Positions 10,289-19,768 of a stretch of DNA of 64,000 nucleotides are shown here, piece after piece. The notes under the pieces were generated by a model. It made no database searches, had not been told where the DNA came from, and was given only the letters and a program-made list of their open reading frames with translations. The DNA is from a phage. The first letter of the stretch is position 1; each line of letters begins with the position of its first letter. The DNA is taken from NCBI GenBank assembly GCA_012455605.1, contig GCA_012455605.1_3618.1, one strand, 5' to 3'. A program made the position numbers and the translations under genes.

Positions 10289-10561
10289 ATGACCAAACAA
10301 TATCAACGAATTAAGGCCAAGGTTAAGCCAGACTATCTGGAGAAAGACTCTGCTTTTCGGGACTGCACAGCCGACAAAGTTTACACAGGGGCCGTCCTGT
10401 TGAACGATGAACTTGAAGTAGATATTCTGGGTAAAGAGGCCACTATTAAGGACGACCAAGGCGATTATGTTTGCTGCACCACACGTGAGCTAGAAATCTT
10501 AGAATACTTCGGTGAAATCTTCACCTCTCTTGATGATTACTTAGATGATGAGGAAGCGTGA
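10289..10561 (+). CDS. hypothetical protein
   Basis: Start moved to the ATG at 10289, downstream of the consensus promoter (track ORF began inside the promoter). Confidence 0.45.
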   Translation: MTKQYQRIKAKVKPDYLEKDSAFRDCTADKVYTGAVLLNDELEVDILGKEATIKDDQGDYVCCTTRELEILEYFGEIFTSLDDYLDDEEA

Positions 10562-10950
10562 TGAAAAATATTTGGGATATCAATATCTTTGAAGCCTCTA
10601 AGCTTGATGGTGCTGATGGAGTGATTATGGTATCTGATGGCAAGGCAACACTAACTTCCGGAGATATCATCTATGCCTTGGACGAGCTGGCGCTTCTGAA
10701 ATCTACCGGTAACACTCTAGAGGAGCGTCTTCAAGGCTTCGCCTTCAAAGAAGGTACAAATACAGCCATGATGTGCACCACACGGACAGTTCAGATGGGT
10801 AACGGTGTCTATATGATTATTGCTGTGTGTCCTAAATTCAGCAACGTCAACAAAGATGATGCTGACGCGGTAAACGATGTGGTTGTTCTCTTCGTGGGTG
10901 ACGCTATGGCAGATCTGATGAATGCGGGAGAAGCAGCAAATGAAGACTGA
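10558..10950 (+). CDS. hypothetical protein
   Basis: 130 aa; ATGA start/stop overlap with the upstream gene. Confidence 0.45.
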   Translation: MMKNIWDINIFEASKLDGADGVIMVSDGKATLTSGDIIYALDELALLKSTGNTLEERLQGFAFKEGTNTAMMCTTRTVQMGNGVYMIIAVCPKFSNVNKDDADAVNDVVVLFVGDAMADLMNAGEAANED

Positions 10951-11242
10951 AAACATCACCCCAGCAGGGTTCTTAAAAGTATACCGTGAACTGCTGTATA
11001 CTACAGAGGACAGTGTTCTAGAGTATCCAGAATATCTCTTGCTGTATAAGTATCTGCAGGAGGCTGGTGAAAATCTGCCAGTTAGTGCAGAAGGCGGTCC
11101 GAACTGGGTATACAGCGCATGGAGAAAGGTTGACATTCTCCCAGACCCAGGCAAAGATATGGTAGTTTGGCAGCTTATCAACAACATCGGGATTCCAATC
11201 TTTGATGAAGCTGTTAAAATCTATTTTGAACTTGACGATTAA
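10922..11242 (+). CDS. hypothetical protein
   Basis: 106 aa ORF. Confidence 0.4.
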   Translation: MREKQQMKTENITPAGFLKVYRELLYTTEDSVLEYPEYLLLYKYLQEAGENLPVSAEGGPNWVYSAWRKVDILPDPGKDMVVWQLINNIGIPIFDEAVKIYFELDD

Positions 11243-11259
11243 TATCAGGAGACCTTAAG

Positions 11260-11505
11260 ATGACTGAAGTAGTTGCTCGCGCAGGACAGAAAGTACGTTG
11301 TGTTGAAGTAGGTTTTGGTGGCAAAGGGTGTCAAAACTTGACTCAAGGTAAGGAATACGCTGTTATCTCTGGTGGTGGCGACGAAAGTATTGTGTTCGAG
11401 GGCCACATCCTGGATGCTGAAAACTTTGAAATCTTTGACGACGATGGGGATCCGATCACCTGCCTGCTGGACGGGAATTGGGGAACTTTCGAAGTGATTG
11501 GCTAA
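11260..11505 (+). CDS. hypothetical protein
   Basis: 81 aa, AGGAGA ribosome-binding site. Confidence 0.45.
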   Translation: MTEVVARAGQKVRCVEVGFGGKGCQNLTQGKEYAVISGGGDESIVFEGHILDAENFEIFDDDGDPITCLLDGNWGTFEVIG

Positions 11506-11588
11506 CAAATACCTATTGTAATTTACAGAAGGGGATGCTAAAATAGTGTCTCCTTCTATGTTGTTCAAATAAAATCGGAGATTCCATA

Positions 11589-11954
11589 ATGGAACAAATG
11601 AACGATCAAGCGTCGGTTGCGATGAACGAGCAAGAACAACCTCAAGAATTTTTCTTAGGGTTAAGTAAAGATCAAGTGTCTCTTTTGCTAGTGCTTTCTT
11701 CTTTCATGGGAAGACTTCAGGAGCTCACACAACAACCGGAGGCTGAACAATTATTTCAGGCTCTGCGCGAAGAAGAAAAATATCGTCGTTTGGACTATGC
11801 CTTAGGTTGGGTAGCTCAACAACGAGATATGTTGATGGCCCTCTCTGGGACCACAAGTTTTGCAATGGGCCTGTTGGCTCAAGTTCAGGACAAATTAATT
11901 CAAGCAGGGTTTGCACACACGGCAAACACTAACGAAGAACAAGGAGACAAATAA
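11589..11954 (+). CDS. hypothetical protein
   Basis: 121 aa; start/stop overlap with the downstream gene. Confidence 0.45.
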   Translation: MEQMNDQASVAMNEQEQPQEFFLGLSKDQVSLLLVLSSFMGRLQELTQQPEAEQLFQALREEEKYRRLDYALGWVAQQRDMLMALSGTTSFAMGLLAQVQDKLIQAGFAHTANTNEEQGDK

Positions 11955-13180
11955 TGAGCGTTATTCAACAATTCGCTAACCCGATGAATCCGCGTGAAAC
12001 TGTTTTACTGGCTCACGGTATGATCAAGCGTGTTAGCATCAAACCTATTAAAGGGGCTGATCCTGCAACAGGTATTAAAACCACCGTGTGGCAAGGTAAG
12101 AAAATTGAATCCAGCCACACCATCTCTTTACTGATTTCTGAACTGGATTCCTCTGATAACCTGCTTCAAGGTGGCGAAGAAGTCTGGATCAGCATGGGTG
12201 ATAAGCTGCTTAAACCGGGTCATCAAGACTCTGTCTCTGTTAAGATTGATGACAAGTGGGAAACCGTAACACCAGGATGGATCGTAAATATCCCTTTGAA
12301 GGCAAACGAGCATAACGGTAAGACCTATTACAAAGGCTCACTGGCTAAGATGGTCAAGCTGGGTGCAGGAGAGGCTCCAGCAGCGACTCAGCAGCAAAAA
12401 CAGCAACAAGGTGCACAATCACAAGGCCAGAAGCAGAAACCTCAGCAGAATGCCAATCAGGACGTTTTACGCATCTATGGTGATGTGACTCAGATTGTTG
12501 GCAACGTGGTTACTGTTAATGACCACAAGATTGGCGAAGGTGCTATGGTTGTCACTGATGAGCAGCTTAAAGACCTAGTGGTAGGTGGTCGTGTTGCAGC
12601 CATTGTTGACAAAGACACTGGAAACATTATCAGTGGTTTCAAGGCCTACCCTCCTAAGGCAGAGAACGGCACTCAAGGCTCTGGTGGCAAGCGTAAATCC
12701 TCTTACGACCCTATCGGTGTGGAAACGGGGCATAGCATCAATGCGTTGCAGATCATCCTGGATCGCGGGTTTAAGGTAGACGACCCACTGGGCGTGGCTA
12801 AAACACTGCACGTAGTCACCATTGAGCTTAAGAAAGAGTATGCTCAAGCCACCAACCGAACTGAAGATGAAGTAGGTGCCAGTGTCGGTAATGCGGTGTT
12901 GAACGCTTGTCGCCGTATTGACAAGAAAACGAAAGTTGATGATTTTGCAGCGGCAATTACTGCAGAAGCAAAAGATGTCTTGACTAATCTGGCTGAGCCG
13001 TTGTACGATTGGATCAAGAACGGTGCTGGGTCAACTGACCATCAAGAACCTAAGGCTGCCAAACAGGAAGCAGCTCCACAGCAAAACACTGTAGACGCTC
13101 CTCCTGTAAATGATGGGGAAGATGACCCGATGGATCAGAATCCAGCACAGTACTCCTTTGATGATGACATCCCTTTTTAA
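11954..13180 (+). CDS. putative ssDNA-binding protein with SSB-type C-terminal tail
   Basis: Gln-rich linker and acidic C-terminus ending SFDDDIPF, identical to the E. coli SSB tip; N-terminal fold not recognised. Confidence 0.5.
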   Translation: MSVIQQFANPMNPRETVLLAHGMIKRVSIKPIKGADPATGIKTTVWQGKKIESSHTISLLISELDSSDNLLQGGEEVWISMGDKLLKPGHQDSVSVKIDDKWETVTPGWIVNIPLKANEHNGKTYYKGSLAKMVKLGAGEAPAATQQQKQQQGAQSQGQKQKPQQNANQDVLRIYGDVTQIVGNVVTVNDHKIGEGAMVVTDEQLKDLVVGGRVAAIVDKDTGNIISGFKAYPPKAENGTQGSGGKRKSSYDPIGVETGHSINALQIILDRGFKVDDPLGVAKTLHVVTIELKKEYAQATNRTEDEVGASVGNAVLNACRRIDKKTKVDDFAAAITAEAKDVLTNLAEPLYDWIKNGAGSTDHQEPKAAKQEAAPQQNTVDAPPVNDGEDDPMDQNPAQYSFDDDIPF

Positions 13181-13195
13181 CAATTAGTTAACATA

Positions 13196-13224
13196 GCCCT
13201 GCCCGAAAGGGTGGGGCATTTTTG
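13196..13224 (+). terminator. rho-independent terminator (second copy of the GCCCTGCCC-GAAA-GGGTGGGGC hairpin)
   Basis: Same stem-loop as at 2176, followed by ATTTTTG. Confidence 0.65.
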
Positions 13225-13242
13225 TATAAGGAGATCTGAAAA

Positions 13243-13659
13243 ATGACATTAGAAGATATCATTGTTAAACCTGAGAACTATGACCAATACAACCTGTCAA
13301 CTCAATCTGTAGACCTTGGATGCGCCACGGTCAGTGCGTGGCTGGTTAACGGAAAAGAGCTAGATAAATGCTTAGAAGCTCACATGTCTATTAACAAGTT
13401 TCTGGATGAAAATACGCACTGGCTTGAGGGTGCAGGAGTATATGCTTCATGGTTGGAGAGTATGGGATTCGACTACCAATCTGAAGAAGGGTGGTGGAGC
13501 TATTTAGCTATCTGCCCAGAGACGCTGAAATGCTTCATGAAATATTCTGAAGATTTGGAGTACCGGGCGGTGGTTGATAGTGCTATTGCCCGTTATAGCC
13601 GTAAACCTTTTTCCCACGACATTAAAACTGTGGAAGAATTTGTTGAAGTTTTCTGTTGA
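13243..13659 (+). CDS. hypothetical protein
   Basis: 138 aa, AGGAGA ribosome-binding site. Confidence 0.5.
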   Translation: MTLEDIIVKPENYDQYNLSTQSVDLGCATVSAWLVNGKELDKCLEAHMSINKFLDENTHWLEGAGVYASWLESMGFDYQSEEGWWSYLAICPETLKCFMKYSEDLEYRAVVDSAIARYSRKPFSHDIKTVEEFVEVFC

Positions 13660-13755
13660 CACAGGTTGAAAGGTGTGCAATTATAACTTCATATAACGGG
13701 AGGACGCGATGAACGAAGAAAACTGGGATGTATAACTAACAGGAGGCCACTGCCC

Positions 13756-13953
13756 ATGATTTATCGAATCCGTGTAAGAGAAGATGCACCAGGCTGTTAC
13801 TTTGACTGGCGTGGGTGGTGGTTTCTCCACCCAATGGATGGACTCACAGATAGAATGCTGGATGCTGCCCTTTATACAGATACCGATATAGAATATAATC
13901 TCTATCTGAAGGACGGTATAGATAACGGCCTGTTTGAAGCAATTCCTGTGTAA
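13756..13953 (+). CDS. hypothetical protein
   Basis: 65 aa, AGGAGG ribosome-binding site. Confidence 0.4.
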   Translation: MIYRIRVREDAPGCYFDWRGWWFLHPMDGLTDRMLDAALYTDTDIEYNLYLKDGIDNGLFEAIPV

Positions 13954-14021
13954 GAGACTGTGATAGCTATGTTTTATGATCTTCCTGTAGCACCACCACC
14001 TGTTGAACCCGGAGAACTAAG

Positions 14022-14447
14022 ATGACCTATGAAATGCCAAAACTGATTCGCGACGATGCCCAAAACGCTCACACCATTATTATGGGCAAACGCATGGATA
14101 TTATTTGTCATAAAGATTTCTGGGAAGGAAGTTACTTCACAGAGTATTTTGGTAAACTGGACAATGGTCTGCTGATCCAGTTCTACACCGATGCGGAAAA
14201 CAACATTCAGTGGGAGTTCGAAACTGAAGATATCCATAAACTTTTCACCTTCCTCGGTATTAAGGTTGAGGCCAAGTTTGAAGAAGGTGAGTGCGACGAT
14301 TGTGGATTCTACGAGGTAACAGATTTCTATCTTCCAAGTGGTGAGAACCTTTACTATGAAAGCCACTTCGGTAACTCCAATATGCCACAGTGCTGGGATG
14401 AGTTTTTTGAAATTGCGGAAGAGGAGCTGGCATACCGTGATTATTGA
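14022..14447 (+). CDS. hypothetical protein
   Basis: 141 aa acidic protein. Confidence 0.45.
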   Translation: MTYEMPKLIRDDAQNAHTIIMGKRMDIICHKDFWEGSYFTEYFGKLDNGLLIQFYTDAENNIQWEFETEDIHKLFTFLGIKVEAKFEEGECDDCGFYEVTDFYLPSGENLYYESHFGNSNMPQCWDEFFEIAEEELAYRDY

Positions 14448-14895
14448 TACTGTAGAGGGAGATCTAATCTCCATTTTCAAGAAAGGGTCAGGCCACATGA
14501 TCCACGGTTGTAACTGCTTTCACACAATGGGTGCAGGTATAGCGAAAGATATTGCCCGTGAGTTTCCTCAAGCACTGGCAGCCGACAAAGAGACTGCTTA
14601 TGGCAATCTAGACAAGCTGGGTATGTTTTCTTGTTGGGAGCATTTTGCCAAGAACAGGGTCGTATATGGAATCAACCTGTATACCCAGTTCTACCCAGGG
14701 CCCAATGCTGAATACTTCTCAATCATGAAAGGTTTTGAGCGAGTCAACGAGGTATTCAAAGGTGTGTCATTGCCGTTCTACATTCCTAAAATCGGATGCG
14801 GTATTGGCGGTCTAAAGTGGGAACATGTAGAAGATGTAATTAATCTTGCAACCACAGATATTGATGTGATCGTGGTGGAGTACAAAAAGTGTTGA
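14437..14895 (+). CDS. macro-domain protein (TARG1/OARD1-like ADP-ribose hydrolase candidate)
   Basis: GDLISIFKKGSGHMIHGCNCFHTMGAGIAKDIAREF resembles the TARG1 GDLF...HCIS..C.MGAGIA core; GTG start at 14437 overlaps the upstream stop. Confidence 0.6.
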   Translation: MIIDTVEGDLISIFKKGSGHMIHGCNCFHTMGAGIAKDIAREFPQALAADKETAYGNLDKLGMFSCWEHFAKNRVVYGINLYTQFYPGPNAEYFSIMKGFERVNEVFKGVSLPFYIPKIGCGIGGLKWEHVEDVINLATTDIDVIVVEYKKC

Positions 14896-14920
14896 CAGCT
14901 GACTCTTGAGGTGGTATAGT
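14892..14920 (+). promoter_or_regulatory. sigma70-like promoter (TTGACA-N17-TATAGT)
   Basis: Consensus hexamers and spacing. Confidence 0.5.
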
Positions 14921-15146
14921 CACCACAACAATTGAGAGAGGGAGCACTATGGAGACTAAAATCTTAATTCTAGCTGTGATAGATACAACCGAAGGGGCTG
15001 TGTTCGAATCTGCAGGAGGGTATTTCTACCTACCCTACGGAAAAAGAACTGCCGAACCGGGTAAAGATTCAATCATCAAAGTGTTCCCGTGTGCTTTCTG
15101 GCTGGAGATTCTGGTATAAGATTGCAGAAGATTTGGGAGAGAATTA

Positions 15147-15340
15147 TGAGAAACAAGAAAGAACTTTACTCTGGTGAGTGGATCAACGATCAACAGGTGG
15201 GAGAGGTAACCTGCTTCCGATGTTTTACCAGGTACAATCTTAAAACTGCACCAAAAAGTGTTCCAAAGACTGACGGTTATTACATAAAAGAACCTCATTG
15301 CCCAAAATGTAAATGCCGATTGTACTGGAGCAATCTGTAA
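15147..15340 (+). CDS. small Cys-rich protein (CxxC...CxxC)
   Basis: Start moved to MRNKKE; CFRC and CPKCKC pairs suggest a zinc ribbon. Confidence 0.4.
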
Positions 15341-15344
15341 AAGA

Positions 15345-15372
15345 TTGACATCTGAAAACTGCAGTGTATAAT
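15345..15372 (+). promoter_or_regulatory. sigma70-like promoter (TTGACA-N16-TATAAT)
   Basis: Consensus hexamers. Confidence 0.55.
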
Positions 15373-15403
15373 ATACGCATAAACTAACAGAGAGCGATGT
15401 ATT

Positions 15404-15595
15404 ATGGTAATTTTTAACCGGGATGGTATCATAGTTAGACAGCACCCGTTCCTTGAATACTATCAAATTGAGCAATGGTGCTACGGGGATTGCAGTCACT
15501 CTTATGGGCAAAGTTGGGGATATCGCACAGTTTTTGAATCAACAGACCTTGACAAAGTAAGACAGAAAGTTTTAGAACTTATTAACAACAAGTGA
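15404..15595 (+). CDS. hypothetical protein
   Basis: 63 aa ORF downstream of a promoter. Confidence 0.4.
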   Translation: MVIFNRDGIIVRQHPFLEYYQIEQWCYGDCSHSYGQSWGYRTVFESTDLDKVRQKVLELINNK

Positions 15596-15605
15596 GTATC
15601 GTGCC

Positions 15606-15938
15606 ATGGTAACATTGGAAAGACGTAAAGCTATCGCCGCCACACTGGCAGACATCTTTTGGGATTGCAACTTAAAAGATACTCGAAATTGTGGCGCATC
15701 TGTAGATGTATTATTCCCACGGCCCACCATTGTTGCAATGGGAAACCTGTTAAACGTAGTGTACGGAGCATGGGACAAAGAAGGTGGATTCTATATCTGG
15801 CAACCTGACTACGGAGCCTGGAAAGAGGTAAGGGGTGCGGATGACTTTGGGCCTACAGTTGCTAAGATGGATGGCTGGGAAATTTATGTTGGAAACGACA
15901 TGAAGCTGAAAGGCGAGATTGTTTACTGGTTACCTTAA
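15606..15938 (+). CDS. hypothetical protein
   Basis: 110 aa ORF. Confidence 0.45.
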   Translation: MVTLERRKAIAATLADIFWDCNLKDTRNCGASVDVLFPRPTIVAMGNLLNVVYGAWDKEGGFYIWQPDYGAWKEVRGADDFGPTVAKMDGWEIYVGNDMKLKGEIVYWLP

Positions 15939-15958
15939 GAAAGCGCAGGAGATAAAGT

Positions 15959-16204
15959 ATGAGCAAAGGGTGGACATTTGTAGACGGCGTTAAAAACATG
16001 CCTCTTGGAAAGTATATCGTAGCCATGGCAGATGAGAATGGCAATGTGGATTTCGGAGCTTGCGAGGTTGTTCTTGCAGGATCTGGTAACTATGTGGACA
16101 AAACCGGGATAATTAACGGTCAGTTCTACTTTGATCACAACCCTGTTGTAGCGTATATGGCTATGCCAGAGTTCAAGTTCCCAAAGGAGGGTGCAGATGT
16201 TTAA
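15959..16204 (+). CDS. hypothetical protein
   Basis: 81 aa, AGGAGA ribosome-binding site. Confidence 0.45.
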   Translation: MSKGWTFVDGVKNMPLGKYIVAMADENGNVDFGACEVVLAGSGNYVDKTGIINGQFYFDHNPVVAYMAMPEFKFPKEGADV

Positions 16205-16394
16205 GCTTAAATCTGCATGGAACATCGCTGTGGGGGACGAGATCCGTATCCCAGGTGGAAAGACCATTATGAAGATATCTCGTATCGAGTACGAAGGTGA
16301 TCGTGTATTTCATATCTTTGCAGAGGATGGTCGAGAAATTTATATACAGGCAGGCTCTCACATCTATATTCGTAAGAAAGGGGACGACAAATGA
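16191..16394 (+). CDS. hypothetical protein
   Basis: 67 aa, AGGAGG ribosome-binding site. Confidence 0.4.
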   Translation: MQMFKLKSAWNIAVGDEIRIPGGKTIMKISRIEYEGDRVFHIFAEDGREIYIQAGSHIYIRKKGDDK

Positions 16395-16720
16395 CAGAGA
16401 TCATCATTTCAACTGCAGGGTATGTGTTCCTGACAATCATTGCACTGACCATTCTGGTGGTGGTATATGGAATTGTTATTCTCCCTATTCTTGAGACAAT
16501 TAGTTTGTGTCGGTGTTGGAGAAAGGCTTACGGTCCACAGCCGTGGAAGGACTGGCCCCACCTGGTGCACATAGCGTTCTCTTATGCTTATGATCACGCC
16601 AGCAGTGCATGCATAACCGGGTATCACGCCCACAACTGGAGCTGGGAAGGGTTGAGGAAATGGAATGTTACAAAGACCATACCTCTGCGCATGTACAAAC
16701 CTAAAAACAAAGACAGCTAA
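16391..16720 (+). CDS. putative membrane protein
   Basis: Hydrophobic N-terminal segment VFLTIIALTILVVVYGIVILPIL. Confidence 0.45.
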   Translation: MTEIIISTAGYVFLTIIALTILVVVYGIVILPILETISLCRCWRKAYGPQPWKDWPHLVHIAFSYAYDHASSACITGYHAHNWSWEGLRKWNVTKTIPLRMYKPKNKDS

Positions 16721-16739
16721 TACTTGAAAATTCCTGGCA

Positions 16740-17300
16740 TATCAAGTATAAGGGGGATTTCTAAAATGGATTTCCTCCTTTTGATATTTCACCGGGCCGG
16801 ATATTTTAAAATTCTTAGAAAATCAGAAAATGGATCGAAAACTAAAATGGATTTTTCAGAGTAGGCGCGACAAGCTGAATAACTCATCCTATCGTTTGCA
16901 CCATATTCCAGGCCACCATTATAGATTTCCCACACATGCTAACCTCTCTCTACTAGAACTTCCTCCACTTACCCTTGACCTTCTATGGTAACAATCTAAC
17001 CGCTATCTTGAAGTTGCGGTGCAGCTTTCCAGGTACTCGATCTACTTTTCATTTCAGGGCTTGGATTTTCTGAAAATTTTTCTCGATAAATTTCTCAGTA
17101 CTCGATCTGTTTTTCGTTTTCTGAATCGGATTTTCTGGAAATCGTTCCGGCTCTCAACCTGAAATTTTGGGGACGAAATCGATTTTTCGTTTTCAGAAAT
17201 GGATTTTTAAAATTTCTATATGGGAATATTTTAGTGGATACTATTTTATAGTAAATTGTTACGGAGGGTAATTAGCGTGCTAATTAAATTTATTAAATGC
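16740..17300. repeat. non-coding direct-repeat region (AAATGGATTT and TACTCGATCT-T-rich units)
   Basis: At least 4 copies of AAATGGAT(T/C), 2-3 of (G)TACTCGATCT(A/G)TTTT, 2 of GGATTTTCTG(G)AAA; no credible ORF. Confidence 0.6.
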
Positions 17301-17355
17301 GAGGAGTTCTCATTTAGAATTTTGAATGATAATCATTCTCGTTTGCAGAATAATG

Positions 17356-17377
17356 GGCAGGCCCGGTGATTGTCTCC
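17356..17377. other. conserved element GGCAGGCCCGGTGATTGTCTCC (copy 1; variant at 17498-17512)
   Basis: 22 nt recurs exactly in inverted orientation at 26837-26858. Confidence 0.5.
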
Positions 17378-17735
17378 CGGCCCCTGCTGCCCCGGCTTGT
17401 TATTATAGTATCACACAGGACAAAGAAAGCAAGGATTTTTTGCATAAACTTTTAAATGATAATGATAACCGTTCTCATTTTATGCAGCGCCCATCCCCGG
17501 TGGTTGTCTCCCCCGTCACCGGTGCCTGTCGTCCTTTCGATAGGTATATTGTGCCACCTGGCGGGGCCGCTGTCAACACTTTTCAAAAAATTTTTCTAAC
17601 CTGATGCGCTAACCGCTGCAACCTGGCGGGGCCAGCCTGGCAGGACCTAACTGACCAGGTAGGAGAGAATGAAGGCTTGTAAACCTGGTGGGCCTATGCT
17701 ATAGGAGAAGTAACAATTGAAGAGGAGGTACAAAA

Positions 17736-17912
17736 ATGGAAGGTAATATGATCCCCCTGGAAAATGTAGCTATTAATGACGCTGAGGCTATCGCCCTGGT
17801 TGAAAAGGCTATGGCGGGAGCGTTGGAATATAAAGAAGAGTACGAAAAAATGATGGTTAACCTGGCAGGGGTGGCGGCTGGAGAATTCCGCCCAAAAAAT
17901 AATTTTAACTAA
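17736..17912 (+). CDS. small hypothetical protein (58 aa)
   Basis: ORF below the track cutoff; GAGGAGG 7 nt upstream of the ATG. Confidence 0.4.
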   Translation: MEGNMIPLENVAINDAEAIALVEKAMAGALEYKEEYEKMMVNLAGVAAGEFRPKNNFN

Positions 17913-17915
17913 TGG

Positions 17916-17944
17916 TTGACAGCTCGGACAGTTCTTGTTATTCT
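17916..17944 (+). promoter_or_regulatory. sigma70-like promoter (TTGACA-N17-TATTCT)
   Basis: Consensus -35, acceptable -10. Confidence 0.4.
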
Positions 17945-17997
17945 TATCCTCACAAGGTGAACAACACCACACTAATTAACAGAGAGGATAAAAAATC

Positions 17998-18195
17998 ATG
18001 AACGCCTACGGAATCAAAGTACGTCGCAGCACTCGCCAGGTGGTCACCGATCAAATGGTTTGCCAGGTGGATGTAACCATCAACAACGGGCAAGGCCTTT
18101 ATAAATTTCGTCGCGGTCATAGCTATACCCTGCAACAGCTTAATCGTTGCGCCCTGACAAAAGGCCAGATCAACCACTGGTTTAATAAAAAATAA
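17998..18195 (+). CDS. hypothetical protein
   Basis: 65 aa basic protein. Confidence 0.45.
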   Translation: MNAYGIKVRRSTRQVVTDQMVCQVDVTINNGQGLYKFRRGHSYTLQQLNRCALTKGQINHWFNKK

Positions 18196-18198
18196 ATA

Positions 18199-18227
18199 TT
18201 GACATATAGTCTGACACAAAATATACT
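18199..18227 (+). promoter_or_regulatory. sigma70-like promoter (TTGACA-N17-TATACT)
   Basis: Consensus hexamers. Confidence 0.55.
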
Positions 18228-18259
18228 GAAATCACAAAAGACACTAAGAGGATAAAATC

Positions 18260-18658
18260 ATGAAAACCACAACCTTTAATTTTGATAATGCCGACTTCTC
18301 TTTTTCTGATGTCAAGAACTGCCGCCGTGATCGTGGATTTTACAAGGCTTATAATCTGGTTGGCCTGGACGATGATAATAATTTGCACGAAGTAGCGGAG
18401 ATCCGGTACTATGCCGCCGCCAGCGGTAACACTAACTATTGCGTTTTTTGGATACACGACAACAAGAACAATAAGTACGGTTATACTGGCGGCAAGGCGA
18501 GCGGTCACGGTTATGATAAAGCTAACGCAGCACTTGAGAGCGCATTAAATGCTATGGGGATCACTGCCAACGGCTGGATCTATGAAGAAGAGTTTTTGTC
18601 GGCACTTGCTGACCATCTAGGCTATAAAAAGCACATTGTAACATGCGCCCACGAATAA
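18260..18658 (+). CDS. hypothetical protein
   Basis: 132 aa. Confidence 0.5.
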   Translation: MKTTTFNFDNADFSFSDVKNCRRDRGFYKAYNLVGLDDDNNLHEVAEIRYYAAASGNTNYCVFWIHDNKNNKYGYTGGKASGHGYDKANAALESALNAMGITANGWIYEEEFLSALADHLGYKKHIVTCAHE

Positions 18659-18665
18659 AAAATCA

Positions 18666-18693
18666 TTGACACGCTGCAAAATTTAAGTAAACT
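18666..18693 (+). promoter_or_regulatory. sigma70-like promoter (TTGACA-N16-TAAACT)
   Basis: Consensus -35; TAAACT -10 as in the 45 bp repeat family. Confidence 0.45.
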
Positions 18694-18741
18694 AGGCACA
18701 AAAGGCGGGAATGTTTCCCGCCAACACGAAGGAAAAAGATC

Positions 18742-19146
18742 ATGAATAAGAACGTACGCCGCATCATGAACGAACTGGCAAACGATGAAAAAATTATTGA
18801 CATGCATTTAGTCAACATTTGCCGCCGTTGTGTAACATATAACAACCGCGCCGCAAAAGCGCGTGAGATGAACGCAAAAGGCACCTTAAAGCCATTCCAG
18901 GTGGTGGTAAAGGCCATTAAAGATGTAACTAATACGGCAAACCAGGTACAGGGGAACACCAACGAGAGTACCAATATTGATCCGGCTTACATCATGAAAC
19001 GGATCCGGACCTGCAAGAACAAAGAGCAAGTGTATAATGTCATAGACTGGTTGGATTCTATGGGCGATGTGGTTTACAATAGGTTTTCTGCAGCTATCGA
19101 GATCCAGCTTGACAGGTTGGACGGTAAAGTACTGAAAACTTACTAA
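18742..19146 (+). CDS. hypothetical protein
   Basis: 134 aa. Confidence 0.5.
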   Translation: MNKNVRRIMNELANDEKIIDMHLVNICRRCVTYNNRAAKAREMNAKGTLKPFQVVVKAIKDVTNTANQVQGNTNESTNIDPAYIMKRIRTCKNKEQVYNVIDWLDSMGDVVYNRFSAAIEIQLDRLDGKVLKTY

Positions 19147-19147
19147 G

Positions 19148-19193
19148 TTTATTTTTAGATGGCCTTGACTCCAGGGCCATCAATAAAGTAAAC
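19148..19193 (+). repeat. 45 bp intergenic repeat, copy 1 (T-tract, GATGGCC hairpin around TTGACT, TAAACT)
   Basis: Near-identical copies at 19769 and 23509, structural variant at 20104. Confidence 0.6.
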
Positions 19194-19426
19194 TAATCTC
19201 AACTAAGCGAAAAAGGGGGGCTTTAAGATGAGCACTACACGCCAATACACAAAGGTAACTATTATCGTTTGCGTTGTCGGTTACATCCTGGCGCAAATGT
19301 TAATGAGTAGCGCTAACAGTTTTGCAAAATTTTTCTTAAATTTTTAATTGACAAACTAACTTAGATCGATATACTTAAACACGTAAACGGGAAAACTTCC
19401 CAGAGCACACAAAAGGAGAAAACACC

Positions 19427-19768
19427 ATGACTACTATGACCGCCGCAGAAAAAGCTATGCAGATCGCCGCGCTGAAAAAACAGATCGCAGACCTTGAGAA
19501 TAAGATCGATAACTTTGAAATCGACGAGGACAAGTACGACGAAAACTATGATGAATGGTTAGACGAGATCTACGGCGAAATCATGATCGGAAACATTTCT
19601 TTTCTTCCGTCGCGTATCCTCAAGGAGCTAGATCCTATCGCTTACCGCTGCGGATTTAGCGACTACATCGACAGCCTGGATATTGAGGACGATGAAGAAT
19701 ACCAGGAATTACAGACAGAGCTCGAAGAAGTGAAAGAAGAGCTTGCAGAACTGGAAGAAAACGAGTAA
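19427..19768 (+). CDS. highly acidic small protein
   Basis: 113 aa, very rich in D/E (DIEDDEEYQELQTELEEVKEELAELEENE). Confidence 0.5.
   Translation: MTTMTAAEKAMQIAALKKQIADLENKIDNFEIDEDKYDENYDEWLDEIYGEIMIGNISFLPSRILKELDPIAYRCGFSDYIDSLDIEDDEEYQELQTELEEVKEELAELEENE

Noticed and set aside
17326-17972. ORFs 17326-17604 (+) and 17694-17972 (-)
   Set aside because: They span the conserved non-coding elements and run antisense to a well-supported small ORF with a strong ribosome-binding site (17736-17912); judged spurious.
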